From IMG/VR virus record IMGVR_UViG_3300021963_000091: 64,000 nucleotides of DNA. The stretch is one strand, 5' to 3'. Shown here piece by piece: positions 9,131 to 18,966 of this stretch. The notes under the pieces were generated by a model, which did not search any database, was not told the origin of the DNA, and worked only from the letters and a program-made list of their open reading frames with translations. The DNA is from an uncultured virus (IMG/VR IMGVR_UViG_3300021963_000091). Taxonomy: Duplodnaviria; Heunggongvirae; Uroviricota; Caudoviricetes. Position numbers and translations under genes: made by a program. The stretch's first letter is position 1. The number at the start of each line of letters is the position of its first letter.

Positions 9131-9711
9131 AGAGTAATCTTCGTCGACGCAACGAATAGATCATCAGCTAGGCTATAGAACAACTGTACTACCTCAATCA
9201 TAAATGCCTCTGCTTGAGGGTTAGAGAGATTCGTTGAATAAGCAAATGCAGGAGCTTTTTTACCTGCATTTATATTGATCCCTGTATGGCCGATAGCGAT
9301 ATTATTCTTAGTATAAGTAATACTGACAGAGGCTTTACCTTTTGATTGTATGATACCGTGTTGATTATGCTCCTTATGTACAATTAAATCGTCACCCTTC
9401 ATTTCAATAGGAGAGTTAATATACTTACCGAGTATATTGGCAATCAGAGTGTTAAATAGCCGCTGGAAGGCTACTGCGCCAACAGGACACATATTAGGAA
9501 TCTCCCAACAGAAATTTATAGCATCGTCACTATAAATAAAATCTGCATCTAGCAGATCTTCGAGATCAATCATTCCAGATGTCTCCACCTTCATGGGCGC
9601 TCTAAATGCTACAATGTTACCGATAGAGAGAACCTTCTTACGGTGAAACTTATAAGCGAATCGATTGTGAATGAGAGAACCGTCGTAAATAGGAATGTCA
9701 GTAATGATCAT
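9127..9711 (-). CDS. DUF366 family protein (biotin/lipoate-ligase-like fold)
   Basis: YDGSLI..FAY, IVAFRAPM, MIDLED, FQRL, GDDL, KASVSI, HTGINI. Confidence 0.75.
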   Translation of the reverse strand: MIITDIPIYDGSLIHNRFAYKFHRKKVLSIGNIVAFRAPMKVETSGMIDLEDLLDADFIYSDDAINFCWEIPNMCPVGAVAFQRLFNTLIANILGKYINSPIEMKGDDLIVHKEHNQHGIIQSKGKASVSITYTKNNIAIGHTGININAGKKAPAFAYSTNLSNPQAEAFMIEVVQLFYSLADDLFVASTKITL

Positions 9712-9719
9712 ATTGATAT

Positions 9720-9748
9720 ATGATATTATATATTGAATATTAAGTCAA
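9720..9748 (-). promoter_or_regulatory. Sigma70-type promoter TTGACT-N17-TATCAT
   Basis: -10 lies 8 nt before ATG at 9711. Confidence 0.75.
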
Positions 9749-9757
9749 CGTATTCTA

Positions 9758-10174
9758 TTAAAATACCCAATCCGTGCAGACGCCATGACACTTATACCCC
9801 TTATATTTCCAATCTCTATCCTTGTCAACTATAACAGATTTATTACAAACGCTCTTACCCGGAAATGTCCAGATATACCCTTTTGAGGTTAATGTAAAGT
9901 CGTCTTGTTGGTGCCAGAAAAAATTTAACTCTGACGGTATGTTGTTTAATGTGTTGAGATCTTTTGCATGCAACCACAATCCTGCTTGTGATAAGAACTG
10001 CAGCGATGTTTTATACACCGGGCCATTATGGCCGAGATAATAGGTGTCACCAGCATACCACACGTCGATCTCGCATTCGATTCCCCTACGAAGAGCATCA
10101 AGAATGTACTCCTCACTATTTTCTAAAAGGGGCATAGGACCAAATAGGTTACCTCTGTGTGAGATAGTCTTCAT
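9758..10174 (-). CDS. PLC-like/GDPD-like phosphodiesterase
   Basis: ISHRGN, EN, CEIDVW, LGH, LWLHAK, GVCTD. Confidence 0.75.
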   Translation of the reverse strand: MKTISHRGNLFGPMPLLENSEEYILDALRRGIECEIDVWYAGDTYYLGHNGPVYKTSLQFLSQAGLWLHAKDLNTLNNIPSELNFFWHQQDDFTLTSKGYIWTFPGKSVCNKSVIVDKDRDWKYKGYKCHGVCTDWVF

Positions 10175-10179
10175 ATTAG

Positions 10180-10872
10180 TTAGGCTCTGTAGAAATCGTT
10201 CTCGGTAATGTAAGATCCAAAATATTTATCCCATAGATACGGGCCGTAGTCAGTCTCTAGATTGCTAGCCTTAATTGTATTAAAATGCTCCGGCTTAATT
10301 AGTATCCACTTTAACTTATCATTCTCTCTATACGAGAATTTTTCACGTAATTTACAGTTATACTTGTCGTGGAACAGACGGTTTATATTCACCATACCAT
10401 CTCCGCTGTAGTTCCATACTGTAGAGTTCCATAGAGACAATAGGAAGTCTATATCACCATACATAAATAAGTCCCCGATAAGCCCTGCATTATTTGTCTG
10501 AGCTGTTACTATACAGCTTGTTTTTTCGTCGTTTAAAATTCCGTCACAGTATCTAAAGATGTCATCATGAGATGATATAGTATCTAATCTCATCTTAAGT
10601 ACCCTACCACCTCCCAACTCTTTAATTAACTGTAACCCCTTTTCTACACATACAGGGTGACCATACCCTATTTCGGACTGTAAGAATGGCAGCCAGATTA
10701 TGTAATCGGATTTAATCAGGCTCTTAACTAAATCGATACCATGGCCTGCTACAACGACTGTTAATTCGGTGTAGCGCGATTTAAAGTAATCGATAACAAA
10801 ATTAAAAATCTCTACTTTGCTTATCTCTACCTGATCTTTAATGAAGCAATGAGACAGCAGAAGGAATTTCAT
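10180..10872 (-). CDS. Hypothetical glycan-related protein
   Basis: VLKMRLD and IGDLFMYGD motifs; island context; start taken at MKFLL. Confidence 0.55.
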   Translation of the reverse strand: MKFLLLSHCFIKDQVEISKVEIFNFVIDYFKSRYTELTVVVAGHGIDLVKSLIKSDYIIWLPFLQSEIGYGHPVCVEKGLQLIKELGGGRVLKMRLDTISSHDDIFRYCDGILNDEKTSCIVTAQTNNAGLIGDLFMYGDIDFLLSLWNSTVWNYSGDGMVNINRLFHDKYNCKLREKFSYRENDKLKWILIKPEHFNTIKASNLETDYGPYLWDKYFGSYITENDFYRA

Positions 10873-11440
10873 AATTAAATAAGTCAAAATCCCTACGGTA
10901 GAAATCGTAAAGTATTCTTATCGACGCGTCAGAGAGATACTTTGTATAGTCTGTATCCCTCTGTGTAGCTCTCATCCTAACTCCTGCATGCACATATATT
11001 CCTATCCTTTGCGATATATCGCGGCAACTCTCCGTAAAGTTTTCGTATCTATAAATCTTACTAGCTATACAGACACCGTCTTTATAGAAAAATCTATGCT
11101 GTGGTATGAAGTGTACCTCGTTTCTTACTTCCTCGTTGTGAAGGTTTGCGCAGAATTCATTAGGTGTAGCATAGTTTAGTAGACTACCTGACCAATCTCT
11201 AATATGGCCAGGGTCTCGTATACCATCTATATAGGTAGACAAAAATCTATCTACCGGGTGCCGTACAAATCCAAATTTAAAGTAATCGTCGTGACCTACT
11301 AATGTATCTAGTTGACTGTGATAAATAGGTGGAGGTTGCTTCAGTATATCCGGATTACTATCTAGTTGTACCATTATACTAGTACAGCCTGTCTTCGGTA
11401 CAGATACGAAAACAAACTTCTTCAGGTTGTTGACAATCAT
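10838..11440 (-). CDS. Carbohydrate sulfotransferase (Sulfotransfer_2-like)
   Basis: VPKTGCTS 5'-PSB loop, FVRHPVDRFLS 3'-PB motif, HFIPQ, YRRDFDLFNY. Confidence 0.88.
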   Translation of the reverse strand: MIVNNLKKFVFVSVPKTGCTSIMVQLDSNPDILKQPPPIYHSQLDTLVGHDDYFKFGFVRHPVDRFLSTYIDGIRDPGHIRDWSGSLLNYATPNEFCANLHNEEVRNEVHFIPQHRFFYKDGVCIASKIYRYENFTESCRDISQRIGIYVHAGVRMRATQRDTDYTKYLSDASIRILYDFYRRDFDLFNYEIPSAVSLLH

Positions 11441-12585
11441 ATATCTAAAATTCTCGTGTAGTGCCTACCACCGTCGAACTTATTCCGCTGCATAATTTCG
11501 ACGTACTTAGTAAACTCGTTTCCGGTAAAATTTTTCGAAGGGAATGAAAAGAAGTTACAACAATTATGTCTTATAGCATACTCACACGAGTATTCATTAT
11601 ACATAATACAGGCTCTAATACCTTCAATTTTATTTGCACAGATATTAACCCCTTGACCTGTTCTACAAAATCCTATAACTAAATCAACATATCGCTTATT
11701 CAATCTTAGAGCAGCTTGCTTAACGTAGGAATTGTAATCGCAATCCTTCGCTGAAAAGGCTCCAAAGTCGATATATTTAATTCCTAGAGATTCGAGTACT
11801 TGCTTTGCTATCTCTTTAGCAGCAAAGCCTGAATGATCTGAGCATAGACCTATTCTAAAAGTATCATGTAGTACATGACGTTCATAAAACTCTAATTCCT
11901 TAGGTGTACCTAAGACATATAGCTTTTCAGATAGAACAACGCCAACATCTAGACGATCCTTTATAAAGTAGTTATATACTGGGCAGATATAGTACTCTTG
12001 CTTTACCTTTTCACCTCGTTGCATCATCAACATACCGTAATTATAGAATTTTGACGGTGTCTTAAAGAAATAAAGACCCGCTGCTGCATTATCGCTAATA
12101 ACTTCTTTCTCTTTGGTCTCGACAACGAGGCCGTTGTCGTTTAATTTAGCATAGCTATGGTCTGGACTATTTGCCTTAAAGGTGAGCAATGCAGCTTCGT
12201 ATCTATCGAAATCGCTGATTACAAATTTTGGTGAAAATGTTACATCTGGTGTATATATTACTAACGGTAGTGTATGATCTATGTACGGTTCGGAAAACAA
12301 ACACGTGCATAGTGCACCTTCAGTCGGCTTATCTAGCTCAACAATAGCGATACCGTCGCCAAACTTCTGACGTAAAAATGAATCAATCGAATAATCTGCT
12401 ACGTGCTTCTTTTGCACAATAAAAATTATATTAGCCTCCTCTAGATTGAACGGATTTAAAGCGTACTCAACGACCGTCTTATTGTTACACGGTATCATTG
12501 GCTTCGGCATTAGGTAGCCTGCTTCCTTAAATCTATTAGCATCACCAGCTACCGGTAGTACTAGATTATATTTTTTTGAGTTCAT
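11437..12585 (-). CDS. Sugar-phosphate nucleotidyltransferase fused to RpiB-type isomerase
   Basis: N-terminal PVAG..RF...GY..PKPMI, EKEVISD, GTPKEL; C-terminal SDHSG, CRTGQG, ANK..GIRA, RHN, FDGGRH. Confidence 0.88.
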   Translation of the reverse strand: MNSKKYNLVLPVAGDANRFKEAGYLMPKPMIPCNNKTVVEYALNPFNLEEANIIFIVQKKHVADYSIDSFLRQKFGDGIAIVELDKPTEGALCTCLFSEPYIDHTLPLVIYTPDVTFSPKFVISDFDRYEAALLTFKANSPDHSYAKLNDNGLVVETKEKEVISDNAAAGLYFFKTPSKFYNYGMLMMQRGEKVKQEYYICPVYNYFIKDRLDVGVVLSEKLYVLGTPKELEFYERHVLHDTFRIGLCSDHSGFAAKEIAKQVLESLGIKYIDFGAFSAKDCDYNSYVKQAALRLNKRYVDLVIGFCRTGQGVNICANKIEGIRACIMYNEYSCEYAIRHNCCNFFSFPSKNFTGNEFTKYVEIMQRNKFDGGRHYTRILDI

Positions 12586-13234
12586 TTGTTATTCTGTCGT
12601 GTGATGACTGTATAGAGTTACTTAAATCGAAGTTACTATTAATCAAATTACATAAGACGTACGCAGCAAATTTATCACCTAGACCGAGTACGTTGACACC
12701 CTCTACTCGTTCCGCAGTAAATGCAGTCGTCTTGCCGGATGAATATAAGGTACTACCACTCTTTGTATGTAATAAAACGTTGGGTATCCTGGTCGTGAGT
12801 AGATGAAGATCGAAAGTACAATCTTCATCTGATATAAACAGTAGATCTATACTTTCTAGATGTGGTGAGTCTAAATTAAGCATTGAACCATTACATACAT
12901 CCGCAGTTACAAACCCCTTTAAGTCGCTTAAAAATGAAATGTCGTGTAGTTCATTGATATACATTGTATGATGTATAACCGAAGACTCTAGTTTCGGTTT
13001 TTGGGTGTGTAAATTTAGACAGGATTTACTCGTTCTCTTCGACTCCTCCTCATTTACTAGTATTAATGATTCACCTATAGCAGTAGGCTGTATGGAGACT
13101 CTAATTAAAGGGTTATATAGTTTAATATCCCGCCAAACATTACCTATACAGCCTACTGACGTAATATTTTTAAATTTAATAAAAATATTATCGTAACTCA
13201 GGTGACCATACAGAGTTATATCAAAACTTTTCAT
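12566..13234 (-). CDS. PfkB/ribokinase-like carbohydrate kinase
   Basis: GHLSYD, LLFISDED, NVLGLGDKFAA anion-hole motif. Confidence 0.75.
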   Translation of the reverse strand: MKSFDITLYGHLSYDNIFIKFKNITSVGCIGNVWRDIKLYNPLIRVSIQPTAIGESLILVNEEESKRTSKSCLNLHTQKPKLESSVIHHTMYINELHDISFLSDLKGFVTADVCNGSMLNLDSPHLESIDLLFISDEDCTFDLHLLTTRIPNVLLHTKSGSTLYSSGKTTAFTAERVEGVNVLGLGDKFAAYVLCNLINSNFDLSNSIQSSHDRITNELKKI

Positions 13235-13736
13235 TGTTGTCAATTTTATAAATTATATCCATATCATACTGTTTAACGTTGTTTTGCTTGAGCAGTACTT
13301 CATAGAGCTCTAAGACACAATTGCACCCACCTGCATTGGTAAGTACCTGACATACCTCCTTTACCTCGCGGGGTGCATCGCTTGGGCAGAACTTATGATA
13401 AACACGAGACATTAACTCTCTATCAAATGTATCATCGCCGAGAAATACCACCTCTTCTAATCTAGCGCTATACTCTTTTAATAGATCAGGTAGAAATAAG
13501 CTCTTACACTTACCACGAGTATAGTAAAAGGGTATACCTCTATTAGCAGCTACCCTTTCATTTATATTCTCATCACCTGATAGGAATATTACATGGCAGC
13601 CGGCAGATTTAAATTTTTTAATCGCTGTAAAGTCCTTATCACAAAATGTCTTATATACTGCTAGCCCGGAATTATCATAATACTTTCTACCGTCAGTTAG
13701 TACACCGTCAACATCAAGAATTACTAATTTTATCAT
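13221..13736 (-). CDS. KdsC-like HAD phosphatase
   Basis: ILDVDGVLTDG, LSG, FLGDDTFD, CPSDA, GG. Confidence 0.87.
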   Translation of the reverse strand: MIKLVILDVDGVLTDGRKYYDNSGLAVYKTFCDKDFTAIKKFKSAGCHVIFLSGDENINERVAANRGIPFYYTRGKCKSLFLPDLLKEYSARLEEVVFLGDDTFDRELMSRVYHKFCPSDAPREVKEVCQVLTNAGGCNCVLELYEVLLKQNNVKQYDMDIIYKIDNNEKF

Positions 13737-14172
13737 GCTTATAGAGCTCCTTATATATCTCACGCGCCCAATATTCTGAATCTTTTGTTATGACCCTAAG
13801 GTTAAAACTACTAGGCGGCTCGAATATAGCATCTGTATCCTTATAGCGTGACTCGGTAATAGTATCAACCCAAATAAGATACCCCGGTTGGAATTTATCT
13901 CTAATTATCTTTAAGGGTGCAATAAAGTCGCAGATAATATATTGAGCTGTTGAGTTATCACACATTAATATCATCCTTTCACACTGCCTCACTCTACCCT
14001 CCTCGCTAAAATCCCAGTCATCGTACCTTTTGCGGGTAACATCCGCATTAAACCACTCTACAGATAGTTTATTGTCTTTAAGCAGGTTAAAAAGACTACG
14101 CGCAAGAGTAGTCTTGCCGGAAGTCGACAGTCCCATTATTAATATCTTTATCAATATCTTATTCCTCTCCAA
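13714..14172 (-). CDS. Adenylylsulfate kinase (CysC)-like P-loop kinase
   Basis: MGLSTSGKTTLA, NADVTR, WDFSEEGR, DFIAP, FEPP. Confidence 0.75.
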   Translation of the reverse strand: MERNKILIKILIMGLSTSGKTTLARSLFNLLKDNKLSVEWFNADVTRKRYDDWDFSEEGRVRQCERMILMCDNSTAQYIICDFIAPLKIIRDKFQPGYLIWVDTITESRYKDTDAIFEPPSSFNLRVITKDSEYWAREIYKELYKHDKISNS

Positions 14173-14945
14173 TTGGCATCAGGTCCCGAATCGTTCCTTA
14201 GTCTTAAATGCTGACGCCATGACGTTCCTCGATAGGCTGTGAGGTGATCGATATTAAAACTATCAGGGTATTCAAGTACGATAGGCGCACCACCTGATTT
14301 ACCTTTGACCTCGCTGATATCGTTCGTAATTATACCCTCTCTCGCTAGGTGAAGGCCTAGTAATGTTTCAGCGCAGTCACTAGTATGCGGTTGGTTGAAC
14401 AGGTCCTTACTTAAAAACGCGGTAGAAAATCTATCCATTGTGGCAGACTTGCCGAAAGCAAATATATCACACACACGTGTAGGGTGAGACTGATTAAATC
14501 CACACCAATCGCGTCGTACTAGAATCGTATCATCGTTCACCTGACTCAGTTCCTCCCTATCCACAACTCTGTTAAAAAAACAATCAAATCTCACCCTAAG
14601 AACAATATCATATATAAAATTATTACGACTTTCATATTCTTGCTTTAATATATTACATTGCTGTACGTTGAAAAAAAGAGACTTTAAAATAGGCGCACCA
14701 AAGCTGTGTTTAAATTCTTCCTTTGCATAAAATGCGTCGTCATTTATTACAATAGATCTCGGATTATATAAATTCGTAATATCTTCTAAGTTAACTTCAA
14801 CTCCGTCATTATTCTGCTTACCGTAGATAAAGATATCTGGGTGATATACTTTCAGAAAGTTCTCATTAAAGGATGAGAACGTATCTTTAAAATTTCTAAC
14901 TCCACCCGAAAAACAAACAGCGACGCGGTAGGGTGATTCTTGCAT
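14151..14945 (-). CDS. Hypothetical glycan-modifying protein
   Basis: VAVCFSGGVR, YDIVLRVRFD, CDIFAFG, E.LL. Confidence 0.6.
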   Translation of the reverse strand: MQESPYRVAVCFSGGVRNFKDTFSSFNENFLKVYHPDIFIYGKQNNDGVEVNLEDITNLYNPRSIVINDDAFYAKEEFKHSFGAPILKSLFFNVQQCNILKQEYESRNNFIYDIVLRVRFDCFFNRVVDREELSQVNDDTILVRRDWCGFNQSHPTRVCDIFAFGKSATMDRFSTAFLSKDLFNQPHTSDCAETLLGLHLAREGIITNDISEVKGKSGGAPIVLEYPDSFNIDHLTAYRGTSWRQHLRLRNDSGPDANWRGIRY

Positions 14946-14957
14946 AAGTGCGTTATA

Positions 14958-16055
14958 TTACTTATCTCTATTGAGTATCCTTTTCGAATATTGCATTAAG
15001 CTCTTAATTTCGGTCTTTATATGATACCTCGACCTAGCAAACTCAAAGCATTCTCTATTGTTAAATTTATTCATCTTAATGGCGCTAACAAGCTCGTCAA
15101 TATTATTTGAGCAGAATCCCGTTTCGGGATGATTTACTAACTCCGGTACTGCTCCATACATTGAGCCTATGACAGGCGTACCCTTTGATATTGCTTCAAT
15201 GTTTGTTCTACCGAATGCCTCGGGTATTCTAGTAAGCATAGCGAACATCTTTGCCTTCTTAAATGCTGCTCTATGAGATTCATCTCTTGCAAGCACACCT
15301 CTAAAGCTTAAATTCGACATACTAAGAGCAATCTGTCGTAGTTGAGCTGCAACCTCATCATCTCCCGTACCGTACGCAACGAACTCTTGCTCAGGTAAGC
15401 GTTTAGCTAATTCAATAAACGTATCTAGCCCTTTACCGCTCATTCCCCAGTGTAGCCCAGCAACCCATAGGATATATCCATCCTTATTAGGTTCAAAGTC
15501 AAATTCATAATCATCTAGACCAGTATGACACCAGAAACTATTAGTCTTTATATCTGCAACAGCCTTATCCGTACCGGCATCCTGCAGAACGAGGTCGTAG
15601 AGAAATTTAGATGCAAATCTATAGTGGACATTCTCTTTGAAGATGAACTTACCGTCTATCCACGGGCCGCTATCCAGTATGGTTGAAATTATAGGTATAC
15701 CCAGGTCATGTAATCCCTTAGCCGACCAATCACCGTAGGCCCATATAATATCCGGCTTCATAGGTGAAGATCTAATCATTTCTTTAGCCTCTAGCGCGAA
15801 ATTGATAGGGTGTATGCCTGATGAACTACATCCTACATAGTTTGCCTCGATGATATTAAACTTGAATTGAGCTGTTACTTCTCTCTTCTTAAAAATCTTT
15901 GGTACAATTACACAGAACTTAATTGTATCATTAAAGTGACTGTGCATACCGGTGCAAAGATGCTCTACGCATGATTCTATGCCGCCGTAATCAATAATCG
16001 GAAAGTGTTGTAGGTTGCAGCTACCTAATACACACACTCTCAACGGTCTATTCAT
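14958..16055 (-). CDS. GT-B (GT4-like) glycosyltransferase
   Basis: YGGIE, KG, EAFGRTNIEAISKGTPVI, GAVPELV. Confidence 0.9.
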   Translation of the reverse strand: MNRPLRVCVLGSCNLQHFPIIDYGGIESCVEHLCTGMHSHFNDTIKFCVIVPKIFKKREVTAQFKFNIIEANYVGCSSSGIHPINFALEAKEMIRSSPMKPDIIWAYGDWSAKGLHDLGIPIISTILDSGPWIDGKFIFKENVHYRFASKFLYDLVLQDAGTDKAVADIKTNSFWCHTGLDDYEFDFEPNKDGYILWVAGLHWGMSGKGLDTFIELAKRLPEQEFVAYGTGDDEVAAQLRQIALSMSNLSFRGVLARDESHRAAFKKAKMFAMLTRIPEAFGRTNIEAISKGTPVIGSMYGAVPELVNHPETGFCSNNIDELVSAIKMNKFNNRECFEFARSRYHIKTEIKSLMQYSKRILNRDK

Positions 16056-16840
16056 ACAGTTATTAAGTCCTTCCAGTAAGAGATAAACAGCTTATTTATA
16101 TTGAATGATCTTCTCGTGAAGCTATCAAGCAACTCATTAGTGACCTGGGAGAAGTCCTCTACCTGCAGTATCGGCAGATTGTGCCAACCGTCATATATGT
16201 AGTTTTTTATAACTATCGGGATGCATCCCGAGTATAAACTCTCCCATGTTCTATGACAATCTATACCGTTACCAGGAGGCGACACCACAAACTTGTGAGA
16301 TGCCATGTTTACAATATACTTCTCAAACGGTTGATTAATATCGTGTGTTAAGTCGATATTATTATGTCTTAGCGTCTTCACGATGCTCATTCGGTCGAGA
16401 TTAGTAACGTTCCAGTTGCAATATATATTGCGATCTTTTCTGGTGTGCCGGAGCGCCTCTATATTACTAGCAAACCACGGTGTCATATACTGCTTCTCAT
16501 AGTACATACCTGAATGAGTCTTAATTCCAATCGGTATAGCCACTAGGTCACGGTGCTTATAAGTAGGATTTATAGCAAACCACTTTTTTATGCACCTCGG
16601 CCTTTTTGAAAACCGGTACTCATCTATAGGATGATCGCTATGATGAGTGATGAGGTTATACGTATGATCGGAATCCTGTATATTGTCGAACAGGTAATCA
16701 ATATAATCCGTCTTGCAGAAGATGATACCCGATCTATCGAGTATATCACGGGTAAATACTTTACCTTCGGGTGGAATTATAGAGTAGTCACATATACTCT
16801 CATAATTCGCGGCATTTATGATGTTGTTAATGTGAAACAC
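16052..16840 (-). CDS. Exostosin/GT47-like glycosyltransferase (paralog 1)
   Basis: THHSD, IPIG, SPPGNGIDCHRTWESLYSGCIPIV. Confidence 0.8.
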   Translation of the reverse strand: MFHINNIINAANYESICDYSIIPPEGKVFTRDILDRSGIIFCKTDYIDYLFDNIQDSDHTYNLITHHSDHPIDEYRFSKRPRCIKKWFAINPTYKHRDLVAIPIGIKTHSGMYYEKQYMTPWFASNIEALRHTRKDRNIYCNWNVTNLDRMSIVKTLRHNNIDLTHDINQPFEKYIVNMASHKFVVSPPGNGIDCHRTWESLYSGCIPIVIKNYIYDGWHNLPILQVEDFSQVTNELLDSFTRRSFNINKLFISYWKDLITV

Positions 16841-17400
16841 TATTCAAACACAGCTATCCCTGTTCCGCTCCAGTGACCTAAACGGGTAATATCATACTTC
16901 CGTTCTGTTATTTTATTCCAGAAGTTCTTCATAGGGTCGTTCAAGTTAATATCGTCGAGTACTAATAAGCCCCTCCAGCCCGAAGAGCGGAGATGGTTGC
17001 ACACTACATCCTCGTATGTACCGTCATGACTCACGTCTAGAAATATGATGGATGATCTACGTAACTCCGGATCAGCAGTCACATCTCCTATAAAGTACTC
17101 TACATTATCTATCTTAGGGTTTATCGGTTCAAGCTGAACAATGTCGTACGACTTAACTCTATTCAGAGGATTGCTAGATAAGGCTATAGCTGACTTACAA
17201 GCATGGGTACCCACATCGAATATGAGCTTATTTGAACAGAGAGATGCTATATAGACGAGTAGCCTGTAATGCTCTCTACCGCTCGGACCACTAATAAACT
17301 CAGAACCGTAGCATCGATGTGTTGTCTCAAGTCGAGACATGTCAATGTTGTTAAGGTGATCGTTTGTTATATCTAGTATCGCATTTATATTTATCTTCAT
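16840..17400 (-). CDS. Class I SAM-dependent methyltransferase
   Basis: EHYRLL, IFDVGT, SYDI, IFLD..HDG, VLDDI, GHWSGTG. Confidence 0.8.
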   Translation of the reverse strand: MKININAILDITNDHLNNIDMSRLETTHRCYGSEFISGPSGREHYRLLVYIASLCSNKLIFDVGTHACKSAIALSSNPLNRVKSYDIVQLEPINPKIDNVEYFIGDVTADPELRRSSIIFLDVSHDGTYEDVVCNHLRSSGWRGLLVLDDINLNDPMKNFWNKITERKYDITRLGHWSGTGIAVFE

Positions 17401-17407
17401 ATTGTCG

Positions 17408-17521
17408 CTACTCCTGTACCGCGTAGCACGTAATCGATTCGAGCTCGGATGCGGTCAACTGATCTACAACCTTGTTATAAATTCTATCATAAGCTATAAT
17501 GAATATTTGTAGATTACTCAT
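17408..17521 (-). pseudogene. 37-aa truncated paralog of the 20721-21482 gene
   Basis: MSNLQIFIIAYDRIYNKVVDQLTASELESITCYAVQE* aligns with MIKVSYYIVTYDRLYDVVVNQLSSEERDNITCYNIQK. Confidence 0.8.
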
Positions 17522-17525
17522 ATCA

Positions 17526-18137
17526 CTACCACTTTAAGTTCTCTACCACCATAGCGCCGTTTTTCGTAGAAGTATCGTCAATAATAACCCTATAGTCCGG
17601 AGACGCAAGTATCTCTGCGCGTATCCTATTGCACTTCAACTCTCTAGTGTCGTCTAATGCACAATATCTGGTACGTGACTTTAGTTTCTCCCACTCTAAG
17701 AATGTCGAGAACTCGCCACCGTCGAGTATTAGGAAGTCTATCTTATCAGGCAACGCATAGGATACATCAGGAACATTCATCATCCATGAGATATCCTGTG
17801 CCAGCCAGGATTTTTGATCAACTCTCAAAGAGTTTATATCAAACCAGCTACCTAGCATAGTCTCACTTACGATCTTACCGTATAAGATGTTAAAATTTTT
17901 CGAGATTGCTAAATGATTATTATTCACGGCCTCTATGTAGCGATCCGGGCTGCACTCTAGGGAGGTAAAGCTAAAGTCCGTCTTATTGCCTTCCTTAAGC
18001 CCGTGAAGAACACATCGTGTAGTACCCAAACCATTCCACGCACCGACTTCAACAATCGTGTGTACATCGGGTTGCATACATATATCAACAATTGCTCGAC
18101 CGAGTACATCCTCTTCGAAGTTTATTTGACCAGGCAT
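17526..18137 (-). CDS. Class I SAM-dependent methyltransferase
   Basis: IVEVGAWNGLGTT, SLE, IDFLILDGGEF, LDDT. Confidence 0.8.
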   Translation of the reverse strand: MPGQINFEEDVLGRAIVDICMQPDVHTIVEVGAWNGLGTTRCVLHGLKEGNKTDFSFTSLECSPDRYIEAVNNNHLAISKNFNILYGKIVSETMLGSWFDINSLRVDQKSWLAQDISWMMNVPDVSYALPDKIDFLILDGGEFSTFLEWEKLKSRTRYCALDDTRELKCNRIRAEILASPDYRVIIDDTSTKNGAMVVENLKW

Positions 18138-18141
18138 AGTG

Positions 18142-18966
18142 TTATAATAGAAGTTTTTCCTGTTGTAGGATAGATGCCCAATACGTTAAGCTCAACTCTT
18201 TAGTATTACTAAAGCAGGTGCCAGCAAGATAGCTTGAAACATAAGGATCAAGCTGACTCATCTGAAACGTCGACCAGTCGTCAATCTGTACGATCGGTAG
18301 ATGCCTATACTGATTATACATTGCATGTTTCTCTACTACAGGAACACACCCCATATAGAGAGCCTCCCACGTACGATGACAGTCGATACCAGTGCCTCTC
18401 GGCGATGCCACAAATAGAAACTGCTTCATTATATCACAGTAATCTGCGAACGATCTCTTCACGTCAACAAAGCCTATGCCTCTATTAGCAATAGTGTTTC
18501 GTACATTTGCGCGGTTCTTATTCGTCTGTAAGCTGAAGTTAACATACAGCTGGCCGGTGTTTTTTGATACTACCGCGTGGTTGCGCTTGGACTTTCTTAT
18601 ATATTCAATATCGATCGAACTACCCTTATTAGGCCCGATATGATTTTCTATACCGATAGGTATAGGTATTAGCTGCGGGTGTACGAAATTTACGTTTTGT
18701 GCAAACCATCTCTTAATGCAAGCAGGTCGCCTACTAAACACCTCTTCGTCAATCTCATGATCAGAGCTGTGTGTTATCAGGATGATTTTATTATCAATAT
18801 CCCTGATAGCATGAAAGAACTCGTCTATATAATCCGTCTTGCACCATACTATAGCTCTCGAGGGTAGTTTGTCTATCGAGTCTCTTCTATTCACATCAAT
18901 CACTGCATCGGCAGTAACCTGCAACCCTACCCCGTTAATAAAATCACTATTTATATAATCGTCCAT
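18142..18966 (-). CDS. Exostosin/GT47-like glycosyltransferase (paralog 2)
   Basis: CKTDYI, THSSD, WFAQN, SPRGTGIDCHRTWEALYMGCVPVV. Confidence 0.8.
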   Translation of the reverse strand: MDDYINSDFINGVGLQVTADAVIDVNRRDSIDKLPSRAIVWCKTDYIDEFFHAIRDIDNKIILITHSSDHEIDEEVFSRRPACIKRWFAQNVNFVHPQLIPIPIGIENHIGPNKGSSIDIEYIRKSKRNHAVVSKNTGQLYVNFSLQTNKNRANVRNTIANRGIGFVDVKRSFADYCDIMKQFLFVASPRGTGIDCHRTWEALYMGCVPVVEKHAMYNQYRHLPIVQIDDWSTFQMSQLDPYVSSYLAGTCFSNTKELSLTYWASILQQEKLLL

